Assembly: GCA_033763315.1 (NCBI GenBank)
Contig: JANRKS010000019.1
Location: 384,001 to 448,000, forward strand
Source of the DNA: Deltaproteobacteria bacterium
GTDB taxonomy: Bacteria > Myxococcota_A > Polyangia > Fen-1088
Reading direction: 5' to 3'
Length of the DNA: 64,000 bases
The position numbers were made by a program, and so were the translations under genes. Each line of letters starts with the position of its first letter. Position 1 is the first letter of the stretch. Below the pieces are notes generated by a model. It made no database searches. It was not told where the DNA came from and was given only the letters and a program-made list of their open reading frames with translations. Of the stretch, positions 32,205-41,787 are shown piece by piece.

Positions 32205-32717
32205 TCACTCCATGCCGCGGTTGCGCTTCATCTGCTCAAGCACCTTGTTGTATTCGACCTCCCAGGTCGCGGTGCCTTCTTCAAGGTTGCGGATGCGGCG
32301 GCGCACTTCAGCGTCAAGCTCGCCATCGGCGGCCATGTGGCGCTTGAGTATGGCGGCCATCGACTTTCGTAGGACGTTGTCTTCCACGAACACTTCGTCG
32401 ATGTGCGGTGAGTTCAAGAACGATTCGATCAGTTGGTTGGTGATCCAATCCAAACCTTCGTCGCCCAGGGCAAACTTCTTCTCGTCGGCCACCGACCGTT
32501 TCACGCGGCCGAACTGCTCGTAAGGCAGTCCCTTCTTTTGAAGAATGTCCTTCGCCTTGTCGGTGATCTCGCGATCAAGGCGCATGTATTCCTTCAAAAC
32601 GGCTTGAACGTCTAGTTCAGCCTCTGCTCGGTCGCTGACGGCGATCGCTTCTTCATCCAAGAGGGCCTTAACGACCTCGGTGCCGATCAGAGGAATTTTC
32701 GTGCTGTAAAGACGCAT
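32205..32717 (-). CDS. DUF507-family protein
   Basis: MRLY..KI, LD.EVR.RI.NL.EGT..W..EY resemble DUF507 as recalled. Confidence 0.7.
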   Translation of the reverse strand: MRLYSTKIPLIGTEVVKALLDEEAIAVSDRAEAELDVQAVLKEYMRLDREITDKAKDILQKKGLPYEQFGRVKRSVADEKKFALGDEGLDWITNQLIESFLNSPHIDEVFVEDNVLRKSMAAILKRHMAADGELDAEVRRRIRNLEEGTATWEVEYNKVLEQMKRNRGME

Positions 32718-32797
32718 GCCTGCCGAGGTTTATAAGGGCCCACGCGTGTAAGCGTCAAGGAAAGGCGGGTCGAAGATGGCGATTCGTAGCGAAAGTC

Positions 32798-32825
32798 TTG
32801 ACAGAGCGAAACGCTTGAGCAAAAT
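32798..32825 (+). promoter_or_regulatory. sigma70-type promoter of tRNA-Met
   Basis: TTGACA-16 nt-CAAAAT immediately upstream of the tRNA. Confidence 0.55.
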
Positions 32826-32836
32826 CGCGTCTCCCC

Positions 32837-32910
32837 GGTGGATTAGCTCAGCTGGTTAGAGCGGGCGTTTCATACGCGCTAGGTCCGGGGTTCGAGTCCC
32901 TGATCCACCA
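32837..32910 (+). tRNA. tRNA-Met(CAT), probably elongator
   Basis: Acceptor ggtggat/atccacc (paired 1-72, so not initiator), TAGCTCAGCTGG, loop ttCATac, GGTTCGAGTCC; Ile2 not fully excluded. Confidence 0.9.
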
Positions 32911-32949
32911 CAAAAGGCCAAAACAAACGCCACGTTTGTTCGGCCAAAG

Positions 32950-32987
32950 AAAAACGCCGAAGGCCACGTGTTCCTTCGGCGTTTTTT
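32950..32987. terminator. Bidirectional intrinsic terminator
   Basis: aaaaacgccgaagg-loop-ccttcggcgtttttt between the convergent tRNA and CDS. Confidence 0.8.
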
Positions 32988-33015
32988 GTTTTCGTCCGCT
33001 TTGTTTTCGTCCGCT
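32986..33015. repeat. 15-bp tandem duplication
   Basis: ttgttttcgtccgct x2. Confidence 0.75.
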
Positions 33016-33027
33016 CTGGGCGGCGGC

Positions 33028-33768
33028 TTATTTGACCGGAGGCGGCTCTGTGCCCGCGGCGGCGGGTGGCTCGGTGCCTGCGGGCGCCGCGGCGGGAGTG
33101 GCGGCGCCTTCGGCAGCGGCCGTTTCCTCTGGTGCACGGTCGAACTTATCCGCCTTGCCCGTGCCTTTGGTGTCGTAACCGATACGGTCCAGCTTACCGT
33201 TTTCGTAGTATTGCCATTCATCCACACGGCCGTCACCGTTCGAGTCGCGCTCGATGCGGGCCACTTTGCCGTTCTCGTAGAACTCCACGTAGTCGGGCTT
33301 GCCGTTGAAATCCATGTCGCGCTCCAGGCGGACCTTCTTGCCCGTGTTGTAAAACACGGTTTGGTCGAAACGGCCATCAAAGTCCAAATCGAACTCAGAC
33401 ATTTCGACCTTTTGATCGGCGCCATAGTGGTCAACCAGGTCGACCTTGCCGTCCACGTTTAGGTCAACCTGCTTGCAGGTCAGAGCCTGGCCGCCGCTGC
33501 CTTCGGCGTAGAACTTCCACACGTCGGGTTTGCTGTCTTGATTCGTGTCTGCGGTGACCACCTGCTTGCCGCTTTCCTTGCAGCGAGACCGATCAAGGTT
33601 CCCCATGCCCCAGTCCACTTGGGCACCGGTGGCGGCGTTGGCTGTGCCCGTCTTTTGAGAACCACCGCAACCCACCGCGAAGAGACCCACCAAAAGACCC
33701 GAAGCCAACCACGCAGGGGCCCCAAAACTGAAGTTGAGCTTCCTGCCCCTCGATTCACTTTGCATCAT
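33028..33768 (-). CDS. Lipoprotein with six Dx[DN]xDG-type repeats
   Basis: Lipobox FAVGC; DTNQDSKPD, DLNVDGKVD, DLDFDGRFD, DMDFNGKPD, DSNGDGRVD, DTKGTGKAD. Confidence 0.8.
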   Translation of the reverse strand: MMQSESRGRKLNFSFGAPAWLASGLLVGLFAVGCGGSQKTGTANAATGAQVDWGMGNLDRSRCKESGKQVVTADTNQDSKPDVWKFYAEGSGGQALTCKQVDLNVDGKVDLVDHYGADQKVEMSEFDLDFDGRFDQTVFYNTGKKVRLERDMDFNGKPDYVEFYENGKVARIERDSNGDGRVDEWQYYENGKLDRIGYDTKGTGKADKFDRAPEETAAAEGAATPAAAPAGTEPPAAAGTEPPPVK

Positions 33769-33935
33769 GACGCCTACGGTAAGGCTAAAGGCCCGCGGCA
33801 TCAAGAGAATGAACGCGCCCACCGGGGGAATCCTTCGTCAATGCGCCCGCCGCGCCAGCGAGGCCTCCGGAGGCAGGCCGTTTCCCAAAAGTTCGGCCTT
33901 TGACTATTCACATATGGTCATGCATGGTCCTGCGT

Positions 33936-34130
33936 ATGGCGCGGAACAAGATCTCCACGACCGTTTACATCACGCCTGAACAAAATGAGCTGCTGAAGGC
34001 CTTGCACGAGCGAACGAAAGTGCCCGTGGCGGAATACATCCGCCAAGGCATTGATTTGATGTTGGAGCGGGAACGGCACAACTTGCCCGGCCAGCAACAA
34101 CTCTTGCTCAATATGCCAAAGTCGAAGTAG
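33936..34130 (+). CDS. Ribbon-helix-helix DNA-binding protein
   Basis: KISTTVYIT strand, then [10 protein letters not shown] helix, then [10 protein letters not shown] helix. Confidence 0.82.
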   Translation: MARNKISTTVYITPEQNELLKALHERTKVPVAEYIRQGIDLMLERERHNLPGQQQLLLNMPKSK

Positions 34131-34164
34131 GACCGTCTCCCACCATTCCTCAAGTGCAAAATCC

Positions 34165-35970
34165 GTGACCACTGACACGCGGCTGATCCGTAACTTCTCC
34201 ATCATCGCCCACATCGACCACGGCAAATCGACCCTTGCCGATCGGTTGCTGGATGAAACCGGCGCGCTTACCCAGCGTGAGCAGCGAGCGCAGTTCATGG
34301 ACAGCATGGATCTGGAGCGCGAGCGGGGCATCACCATTAAGGCGGCCACCGTGCGCCTGAGCTACAAGGCCAACGACGGTGAGACTTACGAGCTCAACCT
34401 CATCGACACCCCGGGCCACGTCGACTTTCACTACGAAGTGTCGCGCTCGCTTAAAGCCTGTGAGGGCGCTCTTTTGGTGGTCGACGCTTCCCAAGGCGTG
34501 GAAGCGCAGACCATGGCCAACGTTTACATGGCTTCGGAACTCAGCCTGGCCATCGTTCCGGTGCTGAATAAGATCGATTTGCCAGCGGCCGACCCGGAAG
34601 GCGTTCGACGCCAGGTGGAAGAAGTCATCGGCATCGACGCCAGCGAAGCGATCTTGGCCTCAGCCAAGGATGGCCGCGGCATCAAAGAGATTCTCGAGGC
34701 CATCGTGGCCAAGGTGCCTCCGCCCACCGGCGATCCCGAGGCGCCGCTGAAGGTCTTGCTGCTCGACAGCTGGTACGACACCTACCGCGGCGTGGTGCTG
34801 CTTGTACGCGTGTTCGACGGTGTGCTGAGGCACGGCCAAAAGATCTTGTTGTGGGCCGCAGGACGTGACTTCGAGTTGCAGACGATCGGCGCCTTCGCGC
34901 CGTTTGCGCGCGAAGTGGATCACCTGGGGCCGGGCGAAGTGGGGTTCATTACCGCTGCCATCAAAGACGTGGCGCTGGCCCGCGTGGGCGACACCATCAC
35001 GGAAACGGGCCGCCGCTGTGCCGCTCCCTTGCCGGGCTTTCAGCCTGCCAAACCCATGGTGTTTGCGGGCATTTTTCCCACCGATTCAGCACGCTACGGG
35101 GATTTGCGTGATGCGCTTGAAAAGCTGCGCCTCAACGACGCGTCGATTTCCTGGGAGCCAGAAACGTCAGAGGCCCTGGGATTCGGCTTTCGCTGCGGTT
35201 TCTTGGGGTTGTTGCACATGGAGATCGTGCAGGAGCGCCTGGAACGTGAGTTCAATCTGGATCTCATCACCACGGCACCCACCGTGCGGTTTCGCGTGGT
35301 GTTGAGGAGCACGCAAGAGGTCTTCGAGCTTGATAACCCATCGAAGCTGCCTTCTGAAGGTGACATCGAACGCATCGAAGAACCGATGATCGCCTGCACG
35401 ATTCACACGCCGCCCGAATACATCGGGGCCATCTTGAAGCTGTGTGAAGATCGGCGCGGCACCCAAACCGGGTTGCAGTACATCAGCGAATCGCGCGTGA
35501 TCATTCGCTATGACCTGCCTCTGACCGAGGTGGTTTACGGGTTCTTCGACAAACTCAAATCCGTGTCGCGTGGTTACGCCAGCATGGATTACGAGCCGAA
35601 CGATTACAAAGCGGCGCAGCTGGTTCGCCTTGATTTGATGGTCAACGGAGAAAAAGTGGATTCGCTGTCGGCCATCGTCCACCGCGCCACCTCGTATGAT
35701 AAAGGCCGCGATTTGTGCGAAAAAATGAAGGACTTGATCCCGCGCCAACAATTCGACGTGGCAATTCAAGCGGCCATCGGTTCAAAGGTCATCGCGCGAA
35801 CCACCGTCAAAGCTTTGCGGAAGAACGTCACGGCCAAGTGTTATGGCGGTGATATCTCCCGTAAGCGCAAGCTGCTTGAGCGCCAAAAAGAAGGCAAAAA
35901 GCGCATGAAGCAGGTGGGCAGCGTCGAAATTCCGCAAGAAGCCTTCTTGGCTATTTTGAAAGTGGATTAA
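34165..35970 (+). CDS. lepA: Elongation factor 4
   Basis: [40 protein letters not shown]. Confidence 0.98.
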   Translation: MTTDTRLIRNFSIIAHIDHGKSTLADRLLDETGALTQREQRAQFMDSMDLERERGITIKAATVRLSYKANDGETYELNLIDTPGHVDFHYEVSRSLKACEGALLVVDASQGVEAQTMANVYMASELSLAIVPVLNKIDLPAADPEGVRRQVEEVIGIDASEAILASAKDGRGIKEILEAIVAKVPPPTGDPEAPLKVLLLDSWYDTYRGVVLLVRVFDGVLRHGQKILLWAAGRDFELQTIGAFAPFAREVDHLGPGEVGFITAAIKDVALARVGDTITETGRRCAAPLPGFQPAKPMVFAGIFPTDSARYGDLRDALEKLRLNDASISWEPETSEALGFGFRCGFLGLLHMEIVQERLEREFNLDLITTAPTVRFRVVLRSTQEVFELDNPSKLPSEGDIERIEEPMIACTIHTPPEYIGAILKLCEDRRGTQTGLQYISESRVIIRYDLPLTEVVYGFFDKLKSVSRGYASMDYEPNDYKAAQLVRLDLMVNGEKVDSLSAIVHRATSYDKGRDLCEKMKDLIPRQQFDVAIQAAIGSKVIARTTVKALRKNVTAKCYGGDISRKRKLLERQKEGKKRMKQVGSVEIPQEAFLAILKVD

Positions 35971-35984
35971 GCAGCGAGATCACG

Positions 35985-36926
35985 ATGAGCGGATTCTTTT
36001 CAAACTGGCAGGAAAAGCGGATGTGGAAGCGCACGCGCGCTGAAGCCAAACACGCGTCGAGCGAATGCAAACGCATCCTCAAACGACGTGGCTATCTGGT
36101 TCCCGAGTCGGCCACCAAAGAACTGCAGATGTACATGCAGGGCGTGGAAACGGCGCTCAAGGGCAGTGAACACGACAAGCTGCGGGAGGCCTTGGTGGGC
36201 CTTGACGAACGCATGACGAAACACCTGTCTTTTGCCCGCAAGTCCGCGATTCGCGAATACGCCGAATCGATTGGCGTGGCGGTGGGGATCGCCATCTTCC
36301 TGCGTGCTTTTGTGGTCGAAGCCTTCCAAATCCCGTCCGGCTCGATGATCCCCACGCTGCAGGTGGGAGATCACATCTTCGTGGCCAAGTTCTCTTACGG
36401 CGTGACCGTGCCGTTCACAGACAAAAAGCTCGTGGACTTCGGCCTTCCGGAACGAGGCGATGTGGTGGTGTTCAAATACCCAGGGGATCCCTCGATCGAT
36501 TACATCAAGCGGGTGGTTGGCTTGCCGGGCGACACCGTTGAGGTACGCATGGATCAGATCTTCATCAATGGCAAAGCGATGCCGCGCGAGAACGTGCCCG
36601 GCGGGTGCGGCGCCGAAGAAGAGGGGCGCGTGTTCTCATCGTGCGAACTGTGGTCCGAAACGTTGGGCACCAAGGTTCACGACACCATGTTCTACGGCGA
36701 GGGCGACAGCTTCGGCCCGCGCAAGGTTCCTGAGGGCACCGTGTTCGTGATGGGTGACAACCGCGACAATTCCAATGACTCTCGCGTGTGGGGCCAGGTG
36801 CCGCTGGGCTTCATCAAGGGCCGTGCGCTGATCGTGTGGTGGTCGCGCGGGCCTGTGAAGCAAGACGGATTGCAGGGCTGGTTCGACGCCATTCGCTGGA
36901 AGCGTTTGTTCACGCGCATTCACTAA
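35985..36926 (+). CDS. lepB: Signal peptidase I
   Basis: IPSGSMIPTL, YIKRVVG, MGDNRDNSNDSR. Confidence 0.96.
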   Translation: MSGFFSNWQEKRMWKRTRAEAKHASSECKRILKRRGYLVPESATKELQMYMQGVETALKGSEHDKLREALVGLDERMTKHLSFARKSAIREYAESIGVAVGIAIFLRAFVVEAFQIPSGSMIPTLQVGDHIFVAKFSYGVTVPFTDKKLVDFGLPERGDVVVFKYPGDPSIDYIKRVVGLPGDTVEVRMDQIFINGKAMPRENVPGGCGAEEEGRVFSSCELWSETLGTKVHDTMFYGEGDSFGPRKVPEGTVFVMGDNRDNSNDSRVWGQVPLGFIKGRALIVWWSRGPVKQDGLQGWFDAIRWKRLFTRIH

Positions 36927-36942
36927 ACGGGATGTGGCGTGG

Positions 36943-38154
36943 TTAGCGGCTGAGCAAAATCACCGCCAGCGCCACCACAAGCACCAGACCACCCACCACG
37001 GCGGCGAGCCGAAACACTTCTTTGCGGCGGGTGGCACCATCGGCGCTGGCCAGCACTTTGGCGATGTGTTCGCGCAGCTCTTCCACGGTGGCGTGACGAT
37101 CTTCGGGCCGTTTGGCCACCATCTTCAAAACCACCTCGTCCACAAAAGCAGGCACCGCCAAATCCGGCCGCAACTGTGACGGCGGAGGGGCTTGCTTGTG
37201 TAAGTGGAACTCGATGACTTCCGTTGAGCTTTTGGCGTCTTTGAACGGCAAGGCGCCGGTTAGCATTTCATAGGTCATCATGCCCAGCGCGTAGATGTCC
37301 GAACGTCCATCCAGGGCCTTGCCACGCAACTGCTCGGGAGACATGAACTCGAGCGTGCCCACCGTTTGCCCGATGGCCGTCAGCGCCGGGCCCCGAGACG
37401 ACGCGTCACCCGACACGATCTTGGCGATGCCAAAATCCAAAACCTTCACGAGATCTTTTCCGTCACGCGACTCGATCATCACGTTTTCAGGTTTCATATC
37501 GCGATGGACGATGCCTTGCCGGTGCGCTTCACCCAGCGCTTGGCCCACCTGGTCCAGAATGTCCAGCACGCGTAAGGGATCCAGGGTGCCTTCGGCTTTT
37601 TGCACTTGCTGCAAACTTTTGCCGGACAGCAACTCCATCGCCAAAAACAACACGCCGTCTTCGGTCTCGTCGAAGTCGTATGTGATCACGGTGTGGGGAT
37701 CGCGCAGCTTTGAACACGCTTCGGCTTCACGCCGAAAGCGAGCCACCACTGTGGCGTCGCTGACGTTGTGGGGATGCAGGATCTTGAGCGCCACATCGCG
37801 GCCCGTGGCCAACTGTTTGCCGCGGAACACCGCACCGAAGCCGCCTTCACCGATCTTTTTTTCGACCAGATAACGCCCGTTGAGGGTGCGACCGGCCAGC
37901 CGATCCACGGACCGTGCTTTTGCGTACGCTTTGCTGGCCAACGCCCGCGGATCTGCGGCGGGGCTGGGCGTGCGTTCAACCGGAGGCGCGGCGGAGGGGG
38001 CCACCTTTGTGGGCGCAGGCGGCGCAGAGGGCAGGGGCTGCGCCAGCGAAACCTCCAGACGCGCCCCGCATTCGCCACAGAAGCGCGCACCAGCCTCCAA
38101 GCCGGCTCCGCATTTGGGGCACAAAGAATGGGGCGAGGCCGAAGGGGCGGTCAC
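36943..38154 (-). CDS. Hanks-type Ser/Thr kinase with N-terminal Zn ribbon and C-terminal TM
   Basis: CPKC..CGEC, GEGGFG, VALK, HRDMKPEN, DFG, MSPE. Confidence 0.95.
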   Translation of the reverse strand: MTAPSASPHSLCPKCGAGLEAGARFCGECGARLEVSLAQPLPSAPPAPTKVAPSAAPPVERTPSPAADPRALASKAYAKARSVDRLAGRTLNGRYLVEKKIGEGGFGAVFRGKQLATGRDVALKILHPHNVSDATVVARFRREAEACSKLRDPHTVITYDFDETEDGVLFLAMELLSGKSLQQVQKAEGTLDPLRVLDILDQVGQALGEAHRQGIVHRDMKPENVMIESRDGKDLVKVLDFGIAKIVSGDASSRGPALTAIGQTVGTLEFMSPEQLRGKALDGRSDIYALGMMTYEMLTGALPFKDAKSSTEVIEFHLHKQAPPPSQLRPDLAVPAFVDEVVLKMVAKRPEDRHATVEELREHIAKVLASADGATRRKEVFRLAAVVGGLVLVVALAVILLSR

Positions 38155-39380
38155 GGTGTTTGGGGGGCGGCGGGGGTTGGAGTTGTTGCGGCGGGTAGCA
38201 CCAGGTTTTGCTCCTCCTCAAGCGCCCGGGTGCGGTCAAAGTGCAACGACAACCCAGCCACCAGGGCGGCGATCAAAACCAAAAGCGCAAAGACCATAAC
38301 GGAGCGCCCGTCGGAATCTTTCCCACTCTTGTTGTTGCCACGTCCCGGAACGGGGATGTCCTGCAAGGTTTTGAGCCCAGCGTCGTTCGTCATCGAGATG
38401 AACTCGCGCGGAACGGTCACTTCTTGCGTCGCTTTTTCTGTGGGCTCGGGACGCTCGCCAGGCACGCGGCCTGGGTCGTAGGGGACGAATTCCACCAGGT
38501 CAGCTTCGGTGGGTTCAGGCAAGCCATCACCCTCGGCCTTGATCAACACCACGGTCACGTTGTCGGGGCCTTCGTGTTCCAACGCCCGCGCAATCAACAT
38601 ATCAGCGGCGCGTTTGATGTCGGGCTCGGCGCGCAGGATGTCGATGATCTCGTCGTCGCCCACCGGCCCGTGCAGGCCATCGGACGAGATCAACACCACG
38701 TCGCCTCGGCGCAGCGGCACCTGAGACAACACCACATCCACGCGCTCTTGCACGCCTAACGCCTGCAAGATGATGTTTGCGTGCTCGAATTGTTTGGCTT
38801 CTTCGGGCGTCATCGCGCCGGCCTCGATGAGCTGCCACGCCAACGACTGATCCTTGGTGACTTGAGCCAGCCGCCCCTTGCGTACCACGTAGCAGCGCGA
38901 ATCTCCGATTTGGCCCACCACAAGCGTGCCGTCCATCAGCGCGGCCACCGTGCATGTCGTGCCCATGCCGCGTTCGCTTTGGTTGTCGCGCGATTGTGCG
39001 TAGATCTTGTCGTTTGCGTCTTCCACCGCGCGCCGCAAACCACGAGCAAATTCATCACGCGTTGAAGGCGTGTTGGAAGCCATCGACGATGAGATGGAAT
39101 CCACCGCCATCAGGGACGCCACTTCGCCCGCCGCTGCACCACCCATCCCGTCGCACACAAGGAACACCGCGCCCTTGTTGCCTAATGTGAAGACATTCGG
39201 CGCCTCCATATCGTGCGTGCGGAAATCGGCGTCGATGTTGGCCACCAAGAAGTTGTCTTCGTTGTGCTCGCGAATCAATCCCACGTCGGTGCGGCCGAAG
39301 ACGGAGATCGTGATTTCACCGGCCGGCGTGCCACTGGCAGACGGGGCCGGTTCCTTGGGCGTCGAAGGGTCGTGGCTCAT
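38151..39380 (-). CDS. PP2C (Stp1-like) phosphatase with C-terminal TM
   Basis: TDVGLIREHNED, CDGMGG, IGDSR, SDGL, GPDN. Confidence 0.93.
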   Translation of the reverse strand: MSHDPSTPKEPAPSASGTPAGEITISVFGRTDVGLIREHNEDNFLVANIDADFRTHDMEAPNVFTLGNKGAVFLVCDGMGGAAAGEVASLMAVDSISSSMASNTPSTRDEFARGLRRAVEDANDKIYAQSRDNQSERGMGTTCTVAALMDGTLVVGQIGDSRCYVVRKGRLAQVTKDQSLAWQLIEAGAMTPEEAKQFEHANIILQALGVQERVDVVLSQVPLRRGDVVLISSDGLHGPVGDDEIIDILRAEPDIKRAADMLIARALEHEGPDNVTVVLIKAEGDGLPEPTEADLVEFVPYDPGRVPGERPEPTEKATQEVTVPREFISMTNDAGLKTLQDIPVPGRGNNKSGKDSDGRSVMVFALLVLIAALVAGLSLHFDRTRALEEEQNLVLPAATTPTPAAPQTP

Positions 39381-39460
39381 GCGCGTGACTCCCCTTGGCG
39401 GAGGAGGCCCCGTGGGGATTGAAGGAGGGTGGCAAAACAGGGATTTAACACGGAGCGTTC

Positions 39461-40306
39461 CTATAATAACTCGAAGCGTAGGAGTTCGTCGCCTAGCCGA
39501 AGCATCTCTCCGCCGGAAAGTGTCTTTTGGCTTCGCAACCTCACGAAGGTGCCGTTGGAGCTCCCCAGGTCTTCCACCTCAAAAACACCGGATTTTGCGC
39601 GAATTGCCGCATGGCGCCGTGACATGAATTCATCACTGGAAAAAACGATGTCGCCTTGTTCTCTTCCCAGCACCATTTCGCTGCGGGTCAGGTGATAAAC
39701 GTCCCGGGCCGTCCCAGCCGCCGTCATCTGGCGCAGCCGGCCCCAAGGCGGGCGGGTGGGGGTGCCGAACAGCACCACGCCTTGTTCGATCCCAGGGGGC
39801 AACGTCCGCTCCAGCGCAGGCACTTCTTCGAACAACAGGACCTGCTTGCCGACCAGCAAATAGTCGCCCGTGGTCACCGCCGTTGGTCCTGAAATGCGCA
39901 GGTAGACGCCGTTGCGCATCTCGAGCGGCACCAACAAGAAGCCATGGCTTTGCCTAATGAGGCGCGCGTGTCGCGCCGCCAGGTGAGGATCGTCGAAGAG
40001 AAGGTCGCCCTCTGTGCGGCCGATGTCCAGCTGACTCTTCTCGAACGGATAGGCCGCGCCATCGGTTCCATCGCGTTTGACGGCCACCAAGCGCGCCCGC
40101 AGCGGGCCGACCGGGGGCGGCGGCACCACGGAGCTGGCGCTGCGCAGGCGGCTGCCGCATTCAAAACAGAAGTTGGTTTCGCCTGGATTTTCCGTACCGC
40201 ACTCCAAACAAAGCAGAGGGGGCAGCGGCTTTACGAGCGAGCGACCGCAGAACTGGCAAAATGATGCCGCGTTCACATTTGGTCGACCACACCCTGAACA
40301 ATTCAC
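39461..40306 (-). CDS. Double Zn-ribbon + tandem FHA protein
   Basis: CSGC/CQFC, CLEC/CFEC; IGR..ARHA..NG and LGR..SRRHA..SNGT. Confidence 0.88.
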   Translation of the reverse strand: MNCSGCGRPNVNAASFCQFCGRSLVKPLPPLLCLECGTENPGETNFCFECGSRLRSASSVVPPPPVGPLRARLVAVKRDGTDGAAYPFEKSQLDIGRTEGDLLFDDPHLAARHARLIRQSHGFLLVPLEMRNGVYLRISGPTAVTTGDYLLVGKQVLLFEEVPALERTLPPGIEQGVVLFGTPTRPPWGRLRQMTAAGTARDVYHLTRSEMVLGREQGDIVFSSDEFMSRRHAAIRAKSGVFEVEDLGSSNGTFVRLRSQKTLSGGEMLRLGDELLRFELL

Positions 40307-40539
40307 TCGGTTACCCTCGCATCTATATCAATCGCTTGAATCAATCGACTTGCTTGCACCACGGCTTGACCAGCGCGACTTCACAGCGGTGACGTTGAAC
40401 ATCGGCGGCACCGGATCACCCTTGGTGTTTGCAACTGGGCGCATCCTCTGGTAACAGGCGGAGTGTTGTTCATCGTGAGCACTGGCTGCACCCATCGTCG
40501 CCCCAAAACGACGCTTTTCCAAGCATTTAACAAGGCATC

Positions 40540-41787
40540 GTGACAGGCGTCAAAATCCTTCTCAGGGCCCTCATCAAAGGGCTTCCGCAACGGCTTGGCA
40601 ATCACTTTGCTGCGCATGTCGACCTTGCCACTCCGAAAAACGCGTCGTTTCGGCGAGCGGTGTGGAGGCGAAGGGCTTGGGCAAGGGGGCCCGCGGTGAT
40701 CGCATTGGTCACATTATGGTCGTTGGCGGCCTGTGGCCCGATGGTCATGAAGGCGCCGTTTTCGAGCCGCCCCGATACGCTGGATCCCGGGGACTTGCTG
40801 GGATCGTTTGATGGCCTCGTGATCGATTCGGAAACGGAGCGCCCCATTCCTGAGGCAACCGTGGAAGCCACGTGGGCGTTTGAACGGGGCGTGGGCTTGG
40901 TGGGGCCGGCGGGTGAAAAGACGGTGTACACACAAACCAATCCCGATGGCCGCTACGAGATCCCGCGCCTGACGGAATTTCCCGAAGGTGCATCGGCGCG
41001 GGTCGCGCGTTTCACCCTGGTGGTATACCGCCGCGGCTATGTGGCGTGGCGAAGCGATCAGATGTTCCCCGTGCCAGGCATGCGGCACGACTTCAGCCAG
41101 CGCCGCAACCGAGTGCGCTTGGTGCAGTGGAAAGATTCGTGGTCGCATGCCAAGCATCTGGCGTTTATGGGTGGCGGCGAATCCATCAAGCGTGCGGCCG
41201 CATGGGAGCGCCAGCCTGCCGCCATCGAACTGTTGCCAGCCGGGGCCAACCAGAACGGCGAAGGCGTGGTCGCGGGGCCAGCGTTGCTTGATGCCGCGGG
41301 CTTGCTCACCGAAGCCGACGTGCGCGCGCTCAATAGATACACCCTGCCGTTGTCCGTGGGCCGCTTGCCCGATCTGCCACGCAGCGAATTTTACGATACG
41401 TTGCACTTTCAATCGGAAGCCAAGAGTGAACGCTACGACGTCGCGATTCGCGTCTGGCGGCTGGGCGATGTGGCCGGCGAAGCGCAGTACAAGAAGCTCT
41501 TGGCCGATCTGCCCGAACCAGAGGCCACACAAGAGGTAGGCGACGCTTCCGCCCGCGTTTCGGCTGGCGAAGTGCGCGCCGTTGTTTTCCTTGTGAAAGA
41601 GCCGGGGATCGTGGTGTCGGTCACCTGTGGCCTTGGCCAGTGTGTAAGCCCGCCGTCTGTGGTGGGGCTGAGCAAGCTGGTGCAAAGCCGCCTCGGATCG
41701 CTTGATAAGAAGCCACCGATGGATGCGCCTTTGGATCCGTTTGCCGCACCACTTAACGCCGCCCCCACGCCGGAGTCGCAACCTTGA
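40540..41787 (+). CDS. Hypothetical lipoprotein with carboxypeptidase-regulatory-like domain (true start probably near 40696)
   Basis: Lipobox LAAC; G.VIDSETERPIPEATV...T..DGRY. Confidence 0.7.
   Translation: MTGVKILLRALIKGLPQRLGNHFAAHVDLATPKNASFRRAVWRRRAWARGPAVIALVTLWSLAACGPMVMKAPFSSRPDTLDPGDLLGSFDGLVIDSETERPIPEATVEATWAFERGVGLVGPAGEKTVYTQTNPDGRYEIPRLTEFPEGASARVARFTLVVYRRGYVAWRSDQMFPVPGMRHDFSQRRNRVRLVQWKDSWSHAKHLAFMGGGESIKRAAAWERQPAAIELLPAGANQNGEGVVAGPALLDAAGLLTEADVRALNRYTLPLSVGRLPDLPRSEFYDTLHFQSEAKSERYDVAIRVWRLGDVAGEAQYKKLLADLPEPEATQEVGDASARVSAGEVRAVVFLVKEPGIVVSVTCGLGQCVSPPSVVGLSKLVQSRLGSLDKKPPMDAPLDPFAAPLNAAPTPESQP

Noticed and set aside
32837-33015. tRNA-Met as the integration site of a mobile element
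   Set aside because: No duplicated tRNA 3' end or integrase seen in the window
33936-34130. RHH protein as an antitoxin of a TA pair
   Set aside because: No toxin ORF adjacent; the next gene is lepA
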